A stretch of DNA of 64,000 nt. Origin: Gammaproteobacteria bacterium. GTDB lineage: Bacteria > Pseudomonadota > Gammaproteobacteria > Eutrophobiales > Eutrophobiaceae. The position numbers and the translations under genes were made by a program. Each line of letters opens with the position of its first letter. Position 1 is the stretch's first letter. The stretch covers positions 2,244,353 to 2,308,352 of the forward strand of contig OZ244846.1 in NCBI GenBank assembly GCA_965220815.1. Reading direction: 5' to 3'. Positions 51,973 to 61,478 of the stretch are shown here, in pieces. The notes beneath the pieces are model-generated. The model was given only the letters and a program-made list of their open reading frames with translations, did not search any database and was not told the DNA's origin.

Positions 51973-53019
51973 TTAATTCCGTTCCCCCATATACTCTGCG
52001 TCGGACAGTGTCTTCAAATGCCGGCGCATGGCTACGCCGGGCCGGTCTGCCGGCACGTCAATCTCGTAGAAGTCCGGCGTGCGGTCGATATCCTGCATGC
52101 GGTTTATGTGTTCGATGGCGAACACGTCCTCGCTGAACGCCGCCTGGTTGGCCTTCAACATGAACGCGCCCATCTCTTCGTCATCAATACAGAAATTGCG
52201 GCACTGGGCATAATAGTAGTTGGTTGAAGTATTGGTTTCCGGGGTGATCAACTGCGCCACCTTGACCAGGGGTTGCAACTTCTCCATTTTTTCCGGCTTG
52301 TCCAGGTTCTTCAGTATGCCCGTATTGACATGCAGGCCGGGTGTGACGAACAGGGAGCCGGAACTTCGCATGGCTCTTTCGTCCTCCCAGCCCAGGGGTT
52401 TTGAATAGATGGACGGCAACACGCATTCCACGTGACGCCATACCTCGAAGTGTTCGTCCTCCATCGTGGACTCGATGGGCGCCCTCGCATACTCCGGAGT
52501 GCCGAAGGTCTTGTCGTGCAGGAAACTGAGGTGGGACAGGTCCAGCAGGTTCTCGTGCAGGTGCACGTAGCTCCCCTTGATGTTGAGAAAACCGATGTTT
52601 ACCGCCCAGTCCGGGTGATCGAAGTAGTCCTGGTGCGGCAACAGGGCTTCATCGGCCAGGTCCGGGTCTCCAGGCCAGATCCAGATGAAGGGTTTTTTCT
52701 CGATGACCGGGAATGCGCGCACGCCGATGTTCTGCGGCGGACGGTCCTGGGATGGGACTGCAACACAGCGGCCCGAGGTGTTGTATCGAAACCCGTGATA
52801 GCCGCATTCCAGGATATCACCGTGCAGTTTTCCTTCGGACAGGGGGAAGGAGCGGTGGCAGCAGCGGTTCTGCAGGGCTACCGGGGCGCCGTCCTCCTTG
52901 CGGAACAACACGGTACTGATGCCAAGGTATTGCCGGGAGAAAAGTTTGCGGCCTATTTCATCGCTACGGGCAGCCACGTACCAGGCATTGCGGACAAGCG
53001 GGGTATCACGATTGGCCAT
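51973..53019 (-). CDS. Rieske [2Fe-2S] non-heme iron oxygenase alpha subunit (VanA/KshA-like monooxygenase or demethylase)
   Basis: Rieske motif CCHRS-x15-CGYHGF. The mononuclear iron region has the spacing H..LLD..H(LS)FLHD (HLHENLLDLSHLSFLHD). Confidence 0.8.
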   Translation of the reverse strand: MANRDTPLVRNAWYVAARSDEIGRKLFSRQYLGISTVLFRKEDGAPVALQNRCCHRSFPLSEGKLHGDILECGYHGFRYNTSGRCVAVPSQDRPPQNIGVRAFPVIEKKPFIWIWPGDPDLADEALLPHQDYFDHPDWAVNIGFLNIKGSYVHLHENLLDLSHLSFLHDKTFGTPEYARAPIESTMEDEHFEVWRHVECVLPSIYSKPLGWEDERAMRSSGSLFVTPGLHVNTGILKNLDKPEKMEKLQPLVKVAQLITPETNTSTNYYYAQCRNFCIDDEEMGAFMLKANQAAFSEDVFAIEHINRMQDIDRTPDFYEIDVPADRPGVAMRRHLKTLSDAEYMGERN

Positions 53020-53150
53020 GTTTGCCGCCGAGATGGAAGCGAGTTTTTGCTGTCGGTCAGCTTTCAACATGCCGGATGCCTTGCAGGTGTCTCCATATCG
53101 GGGTTTCCTGCGGTATTATAGTGGACAAATGAACCTGAACAAACCTGTTT

Positions 53151-53173
53151 GGGGCGGACTTAAGTCTGTCCCC
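53151..53173. repeat. REP family 2 copy (GGGGCGGACTTAAGTCTGTCCCC)
   Basis: Slightly degenerate palindrome upstream of the DUF485 gene. Confidence 0.6.
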
Positions 53174-53219
53174 GGAGAGGCCGGGAACACAACGAAAACA
53201 AGCAGGAGTAATACCGGCG

Positions 53220-53543
53220 TTGGAACTGAAAGATCAAATGGGGCGACTGTCCACGTCGGAAAAATACCGCGCGCACGCCGATAAGCACAGGCGAGTTATC
53301 TACCTGTTAACGGGCATCGCGGTTTTTCAATACAGTGTTTACTTCCTCGTCATTGCCTGGGCGGCGGGACTGGCCGGGACGGTCTGGCCTGCAGGCAGCG
53401 CGGTCAGCGTCATCATCTGGCTCACCGTGCTGGTCATTTTGTTGAGCGTGGTTATTTCCGGTTGGTATATCTGGTGGACCGCCCGTTACCATGACCCGGA
53501 GAGAGAAGCGATAATGAGGGAACTGGGGCTGTGGCATGATTAG
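53220..53543 (+). CDS. DUF485 (YjcH-like) two-TM membrane protein, companion of the SSS symporter
   Basis: Two TM helices and GWYIWWTARYHD resembling the YjcH GIYIWRANGEFD region. Overlaps the start of the symporter gene. Confidence 0.6.
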   Translation: MELKDQMGRLSTSEKYRAHADKHRRVIYLLTGIAVFQYSVYFLVIAWAAGLAGTVWPAGSAVSVIIWLTVLVILLSVVISGWYIWWTARYHDPEREAIMRELGLWHD

Positions 53544-55194
53544 GTTATTCCTGCCCGGCTACTTCCTCCTGTGGCTGCTTCCGCCGTTTGTCCTGGCCGA
53601 TACTCAGGCCAACTCCGGCGCTGAACAACATGTGAACGTGGCAGCCATTGCCACGTTTGTCCTGTTTGTCCTAAGTACCTTGCTGATTACCTGGTGGGCG
53701 GCCCGGCGCACCCATACCCGCAAGGAGTTCTACGCGGCCGGCGGCGGCATACCCGCGTGGCAAAACGGCATTGCCATTTCCGGCGATTTCATGTCGGCGG
53801 CGACTTTTCTGGGATTGACGAGCCTGTTGTTTTTTTCCGGCGCGGACGGCTTGATGCTGGCGGTCGGCGCGGTGGCCAGTTGGCCTGTCATCCTGTTCCT
53901 GGTCGCCGAACGGCTGCGTAACCTCGGCCGTTATACGTTTATCGACGTCATCTCCTTTCGTCTCGATCAACGCCCGATCACACAGGTTGCCGCCCTGGGT
54001 TCCCTTGCCACCGTGATCTTTTATCTTATCTCGCAGCTTGTAGGCGCCGGAAAACTGATCCAGCTCCTGTTCGGTCTTGATTACATCTGGGCCGTGAGCG
54101 GAATCAGCGCCTTGATGATTGCCTACGTAACCTTCGGCGGCATGCTCGCCACGACCTGGGTACAGATTATCAAGGCATTCCTGTTGGTAATCGGTGGCAC
54201 AGTCATCACCCTGCTGATGTTGCAGTACTACCGGTTTGACCTGAATACGGTATTTCACAGCGCAGTTATGACTCATCCCAGGGGCTGGGATCTGGTAGCG
54301 CCGGGTGGCTGGCTAGTCGAACCGGTGTCGGTGATCTCCCTGGGACTGACAGCCCTGTTGGGGTTCATTGGACTGCCCCATATCCTGATGCGCATCTTCA
54401 CCGTGAAGGATGCAAAAACGGCAAGAAAATCCGCGTTTTACGCTATCTCCATCATCGGTTATTTCAACCTACTGATGCTTATCGTCGGCTTCGGCGCGGT
54501 ATCGCTCATCATGTTCAACCCGGACTACCAGTCTGGTGCGGGCGGTCTGACAGGTGGACGTAACATGGTGGTATTACATGCCGCCCACTACCTGGGCGGC
54601 GATATTCTGCTGGGTTTTGTCTCTGCTGTTGCCTTTGCCACCATTCTGGCAGTCGTGTCAGGGTTGACCATCTCCGCGGCCGCCACCATTGCCCACGACC
54701 TGTACGCCAAATCGATTAAACAGGGCAGGGCATCGGAAAAATCCGAATTGCTGGTGTCCCGTTGCGCCGTGCTCGGCATCGACATCCTGGCAATCCTGTT
54801 CGGCCTCGTCTTCGAACACCACAATGTTATCTTCATCACCAATATGGCCTTGGCGGTTGCCGGCAGCGCCAATGCCCCGATATTGTTGCTGTCCATGTAC
54901 TGGCGCGGTCTGACGACCCGGGGCGCCATCTATGGCTGTCTCATCGGCCTGGTTTCCTCCGTCAGCCTGATCATCCTGGGGCCGCAGGTATGGGTGGACG
55001 TTGTTGGCATGGAAAAACCAGTGTTTCCGTATGTCTACCCGACGATTGTCTCGGCTCCGCTGGCGTTCCTCACGGCCTGGCTGTTGTCAAGGACCGATCA
55101 CAGCGTCAGGGCGTACGGGGAAAGGGCGGCGTTTGACGAACAATACATACGCTCGGAGCTCGGTATCGGTACGTCGGAAGCGGCGGCTCATTGA
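53536..55194 (+). CDS. Sodium:solute symporter family transporter (ActP-like cation/acetate symporter)
   Basis: 552 aa, about 13 TM helices, with the SSS-family signature region. Confidence 0.85.
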   Translation: MIRLFLPGYFLLWLLPPFVLADTQANSGAEQHVNVAAIATFVLFVLSTLLITWWAARRTHTRKEFYAAGGGIPAWQNGIAISGDFMSAATFLGLTSLLFFSGADGLMLAVGAVASWPVILFLVAERLRNLGRYTFIDVISFRLDQRPITQVAALGSLATVIFYLISQLVGAGKLIQLLFGLDYIWAVSGISALMIAYVTFGGMLATTWVQIIKAFLLVIGGTVITLLMLQYYRFDLNTVFHSAVMTHPRGWDLVAPGGWLVEPVSVISLGLTALLGFIGLPHILMRIFTVKDAKTARKSAFYAISIIGYFNLLMLIVGFGAVSLIMFNPDYQSGAGGLTGGRNMVVLHAAHYLGGDILLGFVSAVAFATILAVVSGLTISAAATIAHDLYAKSIKQGRASEKSELLVSRCAVLGIDILAILFGLVFEHHNVIFITNMALAVAGSANAPILLLSMYWRGLTTRGAIYGCLIGLVSSVSLIILGPQVWVDVVGMEKPVFPYVYPTIVSAPLAFLTAWLLSRTDHSVRAYGERAAFDEQYIRSELGIGTSEAAAH

Positions 55195-55464
55195 AACGGG
55201 AAGTCAATACTCGCTTACTCATGGTATATACTTCTATGCATGAAAGAGGCAAGGTTATTCACCGATGGTCAAAGTCAGCATGTTATGCTTATCCCAAAGG
55301 ATAATCCCTGGCGGGCGATGTTTGCCGCTTGCGGGAAATTTACTTCGGATTTTATGTCGCAACGAGACCAGGGTTACCAGGAAAACAGGGCAGATATCAG
55401 TTATAGTTCACACACAGACTCCTCGATTTTTTCACAAAGGTTTTAGTGATGAGCGGATAACCAT

Positions 55465-57666
55465 ATGATTTTCTTTTCCAACAAGAATCGGCCTTTTCAC
55501 TACGGCCCCTATCCCCTTGAGAGACTGGCCCGGGATGAACAGGTTATCGAACATGAACGGCAGGAAGGGCGGAATACTCAACCTGTTATCAGCAACGGCT
55601 CGTCATCAAATTATGCCGCCGCGCTGGAGAAGTATCACAAAATCTTCAAACAATTCTGTGAAGGTGACGTCGCCCCGGCCGAAGCGCCTGTCCCTGATGA
55701 TCTGGAGAGGCGCTCCATAGATGTGAAGGGGGCCGGTTATTTCCTTGATGCCGGCCAGATTGGTATATGTGAGTTGACCGATTCCTGCTGGTATCAGGGC
55801 GCGACAGCGGAAAATCACAATCATGGCGTCGTCGTGCTGGCGGAACACAGCCGGTTACCGGAAGCGGGTAACCTGGCCCGGAGTTGGCTTGAGGGTTCCC
55901 TCCACGCTACTGCCCAGATGCGCGCCTTTGAAATAGCCGTAGGCATAGCCAACCATATCCGGGCCATGGGATTTAATGCCACGGCTTATGACGATCGGAA
56001 TGACCGGATCGATATAGCCCGGTTAACCGTGCTGGCCGGTCTCGGTGTCCGGGACAACGGGGAGGTCGTCAATCCATACCTGGGCGCCGGCTACTCGGTT
56101 GCCGTGGTGACGACGGATTATGCGCTGGCGACGGACAAACCACTGGCGCACAAAGCAAAAAACGGCAGCAGCCTGGCGTACTGGCTGGGCGTCGGCGGCG
56201 CCACGTCTGGCCTGGAGCGGTGGCGCCGGGCAAACCGGAAGACCCATCTCAGCAACTACCCGATGGAGCAGGTAAAACGCGTGGATCGCCCCACAACGCT
56301 GATCCTGGATGATGAAGTGCCGCGGGTGCCGAAACGGGCCGGTTTCTTCGAACGGGCAATTCATGGCGACCTTGACAAGAAAGCCCAGGTGGAACGCCAG
56401 CGGTTTTCCTTCAAACACCCGTTTGCCGCGGCCATGCTGAAGCAGATCCGAGGCATGGTGCCGCACCAGGACGGTCCCGTTGCAGAAACAGAAGCGGCAG
56501 AGTTGAATGATCCCGAGACCAACACCAGGGCGCTGAAATCGTTGTCCTACGCCCTGGGATCTGAGATCACCGGGATCTGCGAAATACCTGACTACGCCTG
56601 GTATTCGCACAAGGAGGACGGTTCAGAGATCAAACCGTACCACAAATATGCCGTCGTCTGCCTGATCGACCAGGGCTATGACACCATGGAAGGCGCTTCC
56701 GGTGACGATTTCATTTCCGGGGCGCAATCCATGCGCGCCTACATGCGCGGCGCATTGATCGCCGGCATCATGGCTGAGCATATACGCTCAATGGGCCATC
56801 CCGCTCGGCCGCAAACCAACGCAGACTCCCACGTGCTGCATATCCCCCTGGTCATGTGGGCGGGACTGGGCGAACTCAGCCGTATTGGCGAGCTGGTGCT
56901 CAACCCGTTCATCGGCCCGCGCTTCAAGACCGTCGTCATGACCACCGACCTGCCCCTGGTCCCGGATAAACCCGTTGACTTCGGCCTGCAGTATTTCTGC
57001 TCCAACTGTCTCAAGTGCGCGCGGGAATGCCCCTGCGACGCCATTCCCTTCGGTGACAAGGTGATGTTCAACGGTTATGAGATGTGGAAACCGGACGTCG
57101 AGCGCTGCACCCGTTACCGCCTGACCAACCAGCGCGGGCTGGCCTGCGGCCGCTGCATGAAGACCTGCCCGCTGAACAAGGTCATAAGCTGGGACGGCCC
57201 CATCGCCACCCAGGCAGCAAGCTGGTGCGGGGTAAACGCATTCTGGCTGAAACCCCTGCTGGTGCCGATCGCGGTAAAACTGGATGATATGCTGGGTCAC
57301 GGCATACGCAACCCCGCCAAGAAGTGGTGGCTGGACCTGGAAATAGTGGATGGGGTCTGTGTCGACCCGCGTAAAGGCGTGAACCAGCGGGACCTGGACG
57401 TAAACCGCAAGATTGACGTACGGAAACACAAGGTCGCCTATTATCACGCCGACATGATGCCGCCGCCGAACAGTTCGGGCATCGCCATGATGGTGAAGAG
57501 AAAAGACGGGATTGCCGCGGCGGTCAAGGTCGAAACAGTCGAACAGGCCCTGGCTCGAAAAGCCCGGGGCGGCCCCGTTCCGGACCATTACATACCGACA
57601 CCCCCCATGGATACCGGCGAATCACAAAGAGAGGATGTGACAGGGTTCAATCCCTATCATAACTGA
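55465..57666 (+). CDS. Cytoplasmic reductive-dehalogenase-like (RdhA/QueG superfamily) protein with an internally duplicated catalytic-type domain and a C-terminal 2x[4Fe-4S] module
   Basis: No Tat signal. Residues ~100-230 and ~375-500 are paralogous. …AGLGVRDNGEVVNPYLGAGYSVAVVTTDYALATDKP corresponds to …AGLGELSRIGELVLNPFIGPRFKTVVMTTDLPLVPDKP, and the second matches the RDase/QueG AGLGWIGK..LLI.P.FG family motif. Ferredoxin motifs CSNCLKCARECP and CGRCMKTCP follow. Confidence 0.6.
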   Translation: MIFFSNKNRPFHYGPYPLERLARDEQVIEHERQEGRNTQPVISNGSSSNYAAALEKYHKIFKQFCEGDVAPAEAPVPDDLERRSIDVKGAGYFLDAGQIGICELTDSCWYQGATAENHNHGVVVLAEHSRLPEAGNLARSWLEGSLHATAQMRAFEIAVGIANHIRAMGFNATAYDDRNDRIDIARLTVLAGLGVRDNGEVVNPYLGAGYSVAVVTTDYALATDKPLAHKAKNGSSLAYWLGVGGATSGLERWRRANRKTHLSNYPMEQVKRVDRPTTLILDDEVPRVPKRAGFFERAIHGDLDKKAQVERQRFSFKHPFAAAMLKQIRGMVPHQDGPVAETEAAELNDPETNTRALKSLSYALGSEITGICEIPDYAWYSHKEDGSEIKPYHKYAVVCLIDQGYDTMEGASGDDFISGAQSMRAYMRGALIAGIMAEHIRSMGHPARPQTNADSHVLHIPLVMWAGLGELSRIGELVLNPFIGPRFKTVVMTTDLPLVPDKPVDFGLQYFCSNCLKCARECPCDAIPFGDKVMFNGYEMWKPDVERCTRYRLTNQRGLACGRCMKTCPLNKVISWDGPIATQAASWCGVNAFWLKPLLVPIAVKLDDMLGHGIRNPAKKWWLDLEIVDGVCVDPRKGVNQRDLDVNRKIDVRKHKVAYYHADMMPPPNSSGIAMMVKRKDGIAAAVKVETVEQALARKARGGPVPDHYIPTPPMDTGESQREDVTGFNPYHN

Positions 57667-57677
57667 GCCTTTATCGT

Positions 57678-57698
57678 CATACCGGGCTTGACCCGGTA
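57678..57698 (+). terminator. Perfect 8-bp stem hairpin ATACCGGG-CTTGA-CCCGGTAT 12 nt after the rdhA-like stop
   Basis: Read directly. No obvious downstream U-tract, so it may be a structural element rather than an intrinsic terminator. Confidence 0.35.
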
Positions 57699-57706
57699 TC
57701 CAGTAA

Positions 57707-57765
57707 AATGACGTGTCGCCGGAGGCGACTCTTTGCCCACTGGATTCCGGCTTTCGCCGGAATGA
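57707..57765. repeat. REP family 3 copy, inverted relative to the 24137-24192 copy
   Basis: The reverse complement reads GTCATTCCGGCGAAAGCCGGAATCCAGTGGGCAAAGAGTCGCCTCCGGCGACACGTCAT. The stems are conserved, the loops vary. Confidence 0.7.
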
Positions 57766-57796
57766 CAAGAGTTTTGGATGCCGGGCGACACAAATG

Positions 57797-57837
57797 TGAT
57801 ACAAAAATATTGACATTTTTTATCTTTTCTGTATCAT
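57797..57837 (+). promoter_or_regulatory. paaA promoter (TTGACA-16-TATCAT) overlapped by a TGATAC-N28-GTATCA inverted repeat resembling the PaaX operator consensus (TGATTC-N27-GAATCA)
   Basis: Read directly, about 35 bp upstream of paaA. paaX is encoded at the end of the same cluster. Confidence 0.5.
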
Positions 57838-57868
57838 TAAATAAGTGGTGAAATTCAGGTGAACAGAG

Positions 57869-58819
57869 ATGACCGATACGACAGCGTTATCCGATACGTT
57901 CCAGAAGCGGGTCGATGCCGAGGAGAAAATCGAACCGCGTGACTGGATGCCGGACGCCTACCGGAAAACCTTGGTCAGGCAGATATCCCAGCACGCCCAT
58001 TCCGAGATTGTCGGACAGTTGCCGGAGGGTAACTGGATTACGCGGGCGCCGACCCTGCGGCGCAAGGCGATCCTGCTGGCCAAGGTACAGGACGAGGGCG
58101 GGCACGGCCTGTACCTGTACAGCGCCGCGGAAACCCTGGGCGTCTCCCGGGAAGAACTGATCGACCAACTGCATTCCGGCAAGGCCAAGTATTCCAGTAT
58201 CTTCAATTACCCGACCCTGACCTGGGCGGACATCGGCGCCATCGGCTGGCTGGTGGATGCCGCGGCCATCCTGAACCAGATCCCCCTGTGCCGCTGCTCC
58301 TACGGTCCTTATGCCCGGGCCATGGTGCGTATCTGCAAGGAGGAGAGCTTTCACATGCGCCAGGGTTATGAACTGCTGATGACCCTGTGCCGCGGCTCCG
58401 ACGAACAGAAGGCAATGGCCCAGGACGCGGTAAACAGGTGGTGGTGGCCGGCGCTGATGATGTTCGGTCCCAGTGACGCCGATTCAACCCACTCCGCCCA
58501 GTCCATGCAGTGGAAGATCAAGCGTTTCAGCAATGACGACCTGCGCCAGAAGTTCGTGGATCAATCCGTCCCCCAGGCGGAATACCTGGGTATTACGCTC
58601 CCCGACCCGGACCTCAAATGGAATGAAGAACGCGGCCATTATGATTTCGGCGAGATAGACTGGGAAGAGTTCTTCCAGGTCATTGCCGGCAACGGCCCCT
58701 GCAACCACGAGCGCATGAGCGCCCGCATCAAGGCCCATGAAGACGGCGCCTGGGTGAGGGAAGCCGCCCTGGCCTATGCGGACAAGCAACGGCAACGGGC
58801 CGAAAAGGTCGCCGCTTGA
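57869..58819 (+). CDS. paaA: 1,2-phenylacetyl-CoA epoxidase subunit A
   Basis: Ferritin-like di-iron ligand motifs (…QHAHSE…, …EESFHMRQG…) and the conserved paaABCDE order. Confidence 0.9.
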   Translation: MTDTTALSDTFQKRVDAEEKIEPRDWMPDAYRKTLVRQISQHAHSEIVGQLPEGNWITRAPTLRRKAILLAKVQDEGGHGLYLYSAAETLGVSREELIDQLHSGKAKYSSIFNYPTLTWADIGAIGWLVDAAAILNQIPLCRCSYGPYARAMVRICKEESFHMRQGYELLMTLCRGSDEQKAMAQDAVNRWWWPALMMFGPSDADSTHSAQSMQWKIKRFSNDDLRQKFVDQSVPQAEYLGITLPDPDLKWNEERGHYDFGEIDWEEFFQVIAGNGPCNHERMSARIKAHEDGAWVREAALAYADKQRQRAEKVAA

Positions 58820-58830
58820 GGAGAGAATCC

Positions 58831-59115
58831 ATGCCGGACAAGCGATTGCCACTGTGGGAGGTGTTCATCCGCAACAAGCGGGGTCTGGACCACAAACATG
58901 CCGGCAGCATCCACGCGGCCGACGGCGAACAGGCCCTGCAATACGCCCGCGACACCTATACCCGCCGCAACGAGGGATGCAGCATCTGGGTGGTGAAGTC
59001 CGCGGATATCGTCGCCAGCCAGCCGGAAGACGAAGACAGCTTTTTTGAGCCGGCAGAAGACAAGATCTACCGCCACCCGACCTTTTACGACATACCGGAA
59101 GATCTCAAGATATGA
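58831..59115 (+). CDS. paaB: 1,2-phenylacetyl-CoA epoxidase subunit B
   Basis: PLWEVFIRNKRGLDHKHAGSIHAAD…CSIWVV matches the PaaB family. ATG at 58831 with GAGGAGAG RBS. The track's TTG at 58816 lies inside the paaA stop. Confidence 0.85.
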   Translation: MPDKRLPLWEVFIRNKRGLDHKHAGSIHAADGEQALQYARDTYTRRNEGCSIWVVKSADIVASQPEDEDSFFEPAEDKIYRHPTFYDIPEDLKI

Positions 59116-59864
59116 ACCGGGACCTGTTCCAGTATGTAATCCGGCTCGGGGATAACGCCCTGATCAACGGCCAGCGCCTGGCGGAGTGGTGCGGTCACGG
59201 CCCGTTCCTGGAAGAAGACCTGGCGATGACCAATACCGCGCTGGACCTGATCGGGCGCGCCCGCATGCTGCTGGCCTACGCTGGGGAACTGGAAGGCGAG
59301 GGCAGGAGCGAAGACGACCTTGCTTATTTCCGCAACGAACGGGAGTTCCGCAATTTTCACATCATGGAATTGCCGGTGGGCGATTTTGCCTTTACCACGG
59401 CGCGCCAGTTCCTGGTTGACGCCTATGATTATCACTATTACCTGGCATTGCGGGATTCGGCAGACGCCACGCTCGCGGCCATCGCCGCCAAGACCCTGAA
59501 GGAGTGTGAATACCACCTGCGCCACAGCAGCGAATGGATGGTCCGTCTCGGTGACGGCACTGAAGAGAGCCATGAAAAAATCACCCGGGCCGTAACCGGG
59601 TTAATGCCGTTCACCCCTGAGTTATTCGCCGCCGACGAGGTTGACCGGACCATGCAGGAACAGGGTATCGGCGTGGACCTGGACAGTATTGAAACGTCAT
59701 GGAATCAAGAGGTGGACCGGGTTTTCAGCGAAGCCATGCTGGAACGCCCGCAGATCAGCTTTACCCGCGGGGGCGGACGGCAGGGCCTGCATTCGGAACA
59801 CATGGGGTTCCTGCTGGCCGAGATGCAGTCCCTGCAGCGGGCGTATCCCGGCCTGAACTGGTAG
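59112..59864 (+). CDS. paaC: 1,2-phenylacetyl-CoA epoxidase subunit C
   Basis: Position and ferritin-like fold, 250 aa. Overlaps the paaB stop (ATGA). Confidence 0.85.
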   Translation: MNRDLFQYVIRLGDNALINGQRLAEWCGHGPFLEEDLAMTNTALDLIGRARMLLAYAGELEGEGRSEDDLAYFRNEREFRNFHIMELPVGDFAFTTARQFLVDAYDYHYYLALRDSADATLAAIAAKTLKECEYHLRHSSEWMVRLGDGTEESHEKITRAVTGLMPFTPELFAADEVDRTMQEQGIGVDLDSIETSWNQEVDRVFSEAMLERPQISFTRGGGRQGLHSEHMGFLLAEMQSLQRAYPGLNW

Positions 59865-59869
59865 AAACC

Positions 59870-60394
59870 ATGAACGCCGCGCATGCAACCGGCGAGGTTT
59901 CCGGACATGTTGAAAGCATGCTGGAAGAGGTAAGGGAGATCCTGGAACAGGTCACCGACCCGGAAATCCCGGTGTTGACCATTGCCGACCTGGGCATACT
60001 GCGCGACGTGCGCTGGAATGACGGCGGGATCCAGGTAATCATCACACCTACCTACAGCGGTTGCCCCGCCATGCAGACCATAGAGCAGGATGTCAGGGCT
60101 GCATTGAAGCGGAGCGACTATACGGACGTTGAAGTGAAAACGCAGCTTGCGCCGCCCTGGACAACAGACTGGATGAGCGCGGCCGGCAGGGAAAAACTGC
60201 TGCAATACGGTATTGTCCCGCCCGCGGGCTCCAGCGCCAAACAGAGTTTGCGCGTGCCTGTCACAGGTTTAACCTGCCCGCGTTGCCGGTCCGCCGACAC
60301 GGAGGAAATCAGCCGCTTCGGATCGACGCCATGCAAGGCCCTGTACAGGTGTAACGCCTGCCTGGAGCCTTTCGACTATTTCAAGTGCATATAA
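59870..60394 (+). CDS. paaD: Phenylacetate degradation protein PaaD (SufT/DUF59-like)
   Basis: EIPVLTIADLGILRDV and the C-terminal Cys4 cluster (CPRC…CNAC). The ATG is 5 nt after the paaC stop. Confidence 0.8.
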   Translation: MNAAHATGEVSGHVESMLEEVREILEQVTDPEIPVLTIADLGILRDVRWNDGGIQVIITPTYSGCPAMQTIEQDVRAALKRSDYTDVEVKTQLAPPWTTDWMSAAGREKLLQYGIVPPAGSSAKQSLRVPVTGLTCPRCRSADTEEISRFGSTPCKALYRCNACLEPFDYFKCI

Positions 60395-61477
60395 ATGCCG
60401 GATTTCCATCAGCTAACCATCAGTGATATCAGGAAGGAAACGGACGACGCCGTGTGCCTGACGTTTGACGTGCCTGCCGATCTGTCGGAAACCTACCGGT
60501 TCACCCAGGGCCAGTACCTGACCCTGAAGGCAGATATCGATGGAACTGAAGTGAGGCGCTCCTATTCCATCTGTTCCGGTATCGACGACGGAACCCTGCG
60601 GGTCGCGGTCAAGAAAGTCGCGGGCGGCGTATTTTCAAGCTATGCCAACGAAAACCTGGCCGCGGGCGACCAGGTGGAGGTGATGCCGCCCCGGGGCACG
60701 TTCTTCACCCCGCTGGATGAAGACAGCGAACGCAACTACCTGTGCATTGCCGCCGGCAGCGGCATCACGCCGATTATCTCGATTATCAGGACCGTATTGA
60801 AACAGGAACCGGGCAGCCATGTGACCCTGTTGTACGGCAACCAGCGGGTGGCGACGATGATGTTCAAGGAAGAACTGGAAGGGATCAAGAATCAATACAT
60901 GTCCCGCTTTCAGTGGATCAATATCCTCAGCCGGGAACGCCAGGACATCGAAATCCTGAACGGCCGCATCAACAACAGGAAGGGCGCCGAACTAATTCAA
61001 CACCTGCTCGATCTGCACGCGGTCGACGAGTTTTTCCTGTGCGGACCGGAAGCGATGATCTCGGAAGTATCCAGGGGGCTGCGCGCCGAAGGCATCGACG
61101 AGAGCAAAATACATTACGAATTATTCGCGGCTTCAGCCGAAGCGGCCGCGGCAAGAGTGGCCAGGCACCATGAGCGCGCCCTGAAACTGGCCGGCATGGT
61201 GTCGCAGGTCACGGTCAATGCAGACGGCCGCCAGACCCGGTTTGAACTGACCGCAGACGGCCAGAACATCCTTGACGGCGCCCTGGATAACGGGGTCGAC
61301 CTGCCGTTCGCCTGCAAAGGCGGCGTCTGCGCCACCTGCAAGGCAAAACTGCTGGAAGGGGAAGTGGACATGGATATCAACCATGCCCTGGAACAGGACG
61401 AACTGGCGGCAGGTTACATACTCACCTGCCAGTCCCACCCGATAACCGACAAGGTCGTCGTCGACTTTGACCAGTGA
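60395..61477 (+). CDS. paaE: 1,2-phenylacetyl-CoA epoxidase reductase subunit (FNR-like FAD/NAD domain + plant-type 2Fe-2S ferredoxin)
   Basis: RxYS FAD motif (RRSYSICS), NAD-binding GSGITP, C-terminal CKGGVCATCK ferredoxin. Confidence 0.85.
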   Translation: MPDFHQLTISDIRKETDDAVCLTFDVPADLSETYRFTQGQYLTLKADIDGTEVRRSYSICSGIDDGTLRVAVKKVAGGVFSSYANENLAAGDQVEVMPPRGTFFTPLDEDSERNYLCIAAGSGITPIISIIRTVLKQEPGSHVTLLYGNQRVATMMFKEELEGIKNQYMSRFQWINILSRERQDIEILNGRINNRKGAELIQHLLDLHAVDEFFLCGPEAMISEVSRGLRAEGIDESKIHYELFAASAEAAAARVARHHERALKLAGMVSQVTVNADGRQTRFELTADGQNILDGALDNGVDLPFACKGGVCATCKAKLLEGEVDMDINHALEQDELAAGYILTCQSHPITDKVVVDFDQ

Positions 61478-61478
61478 T

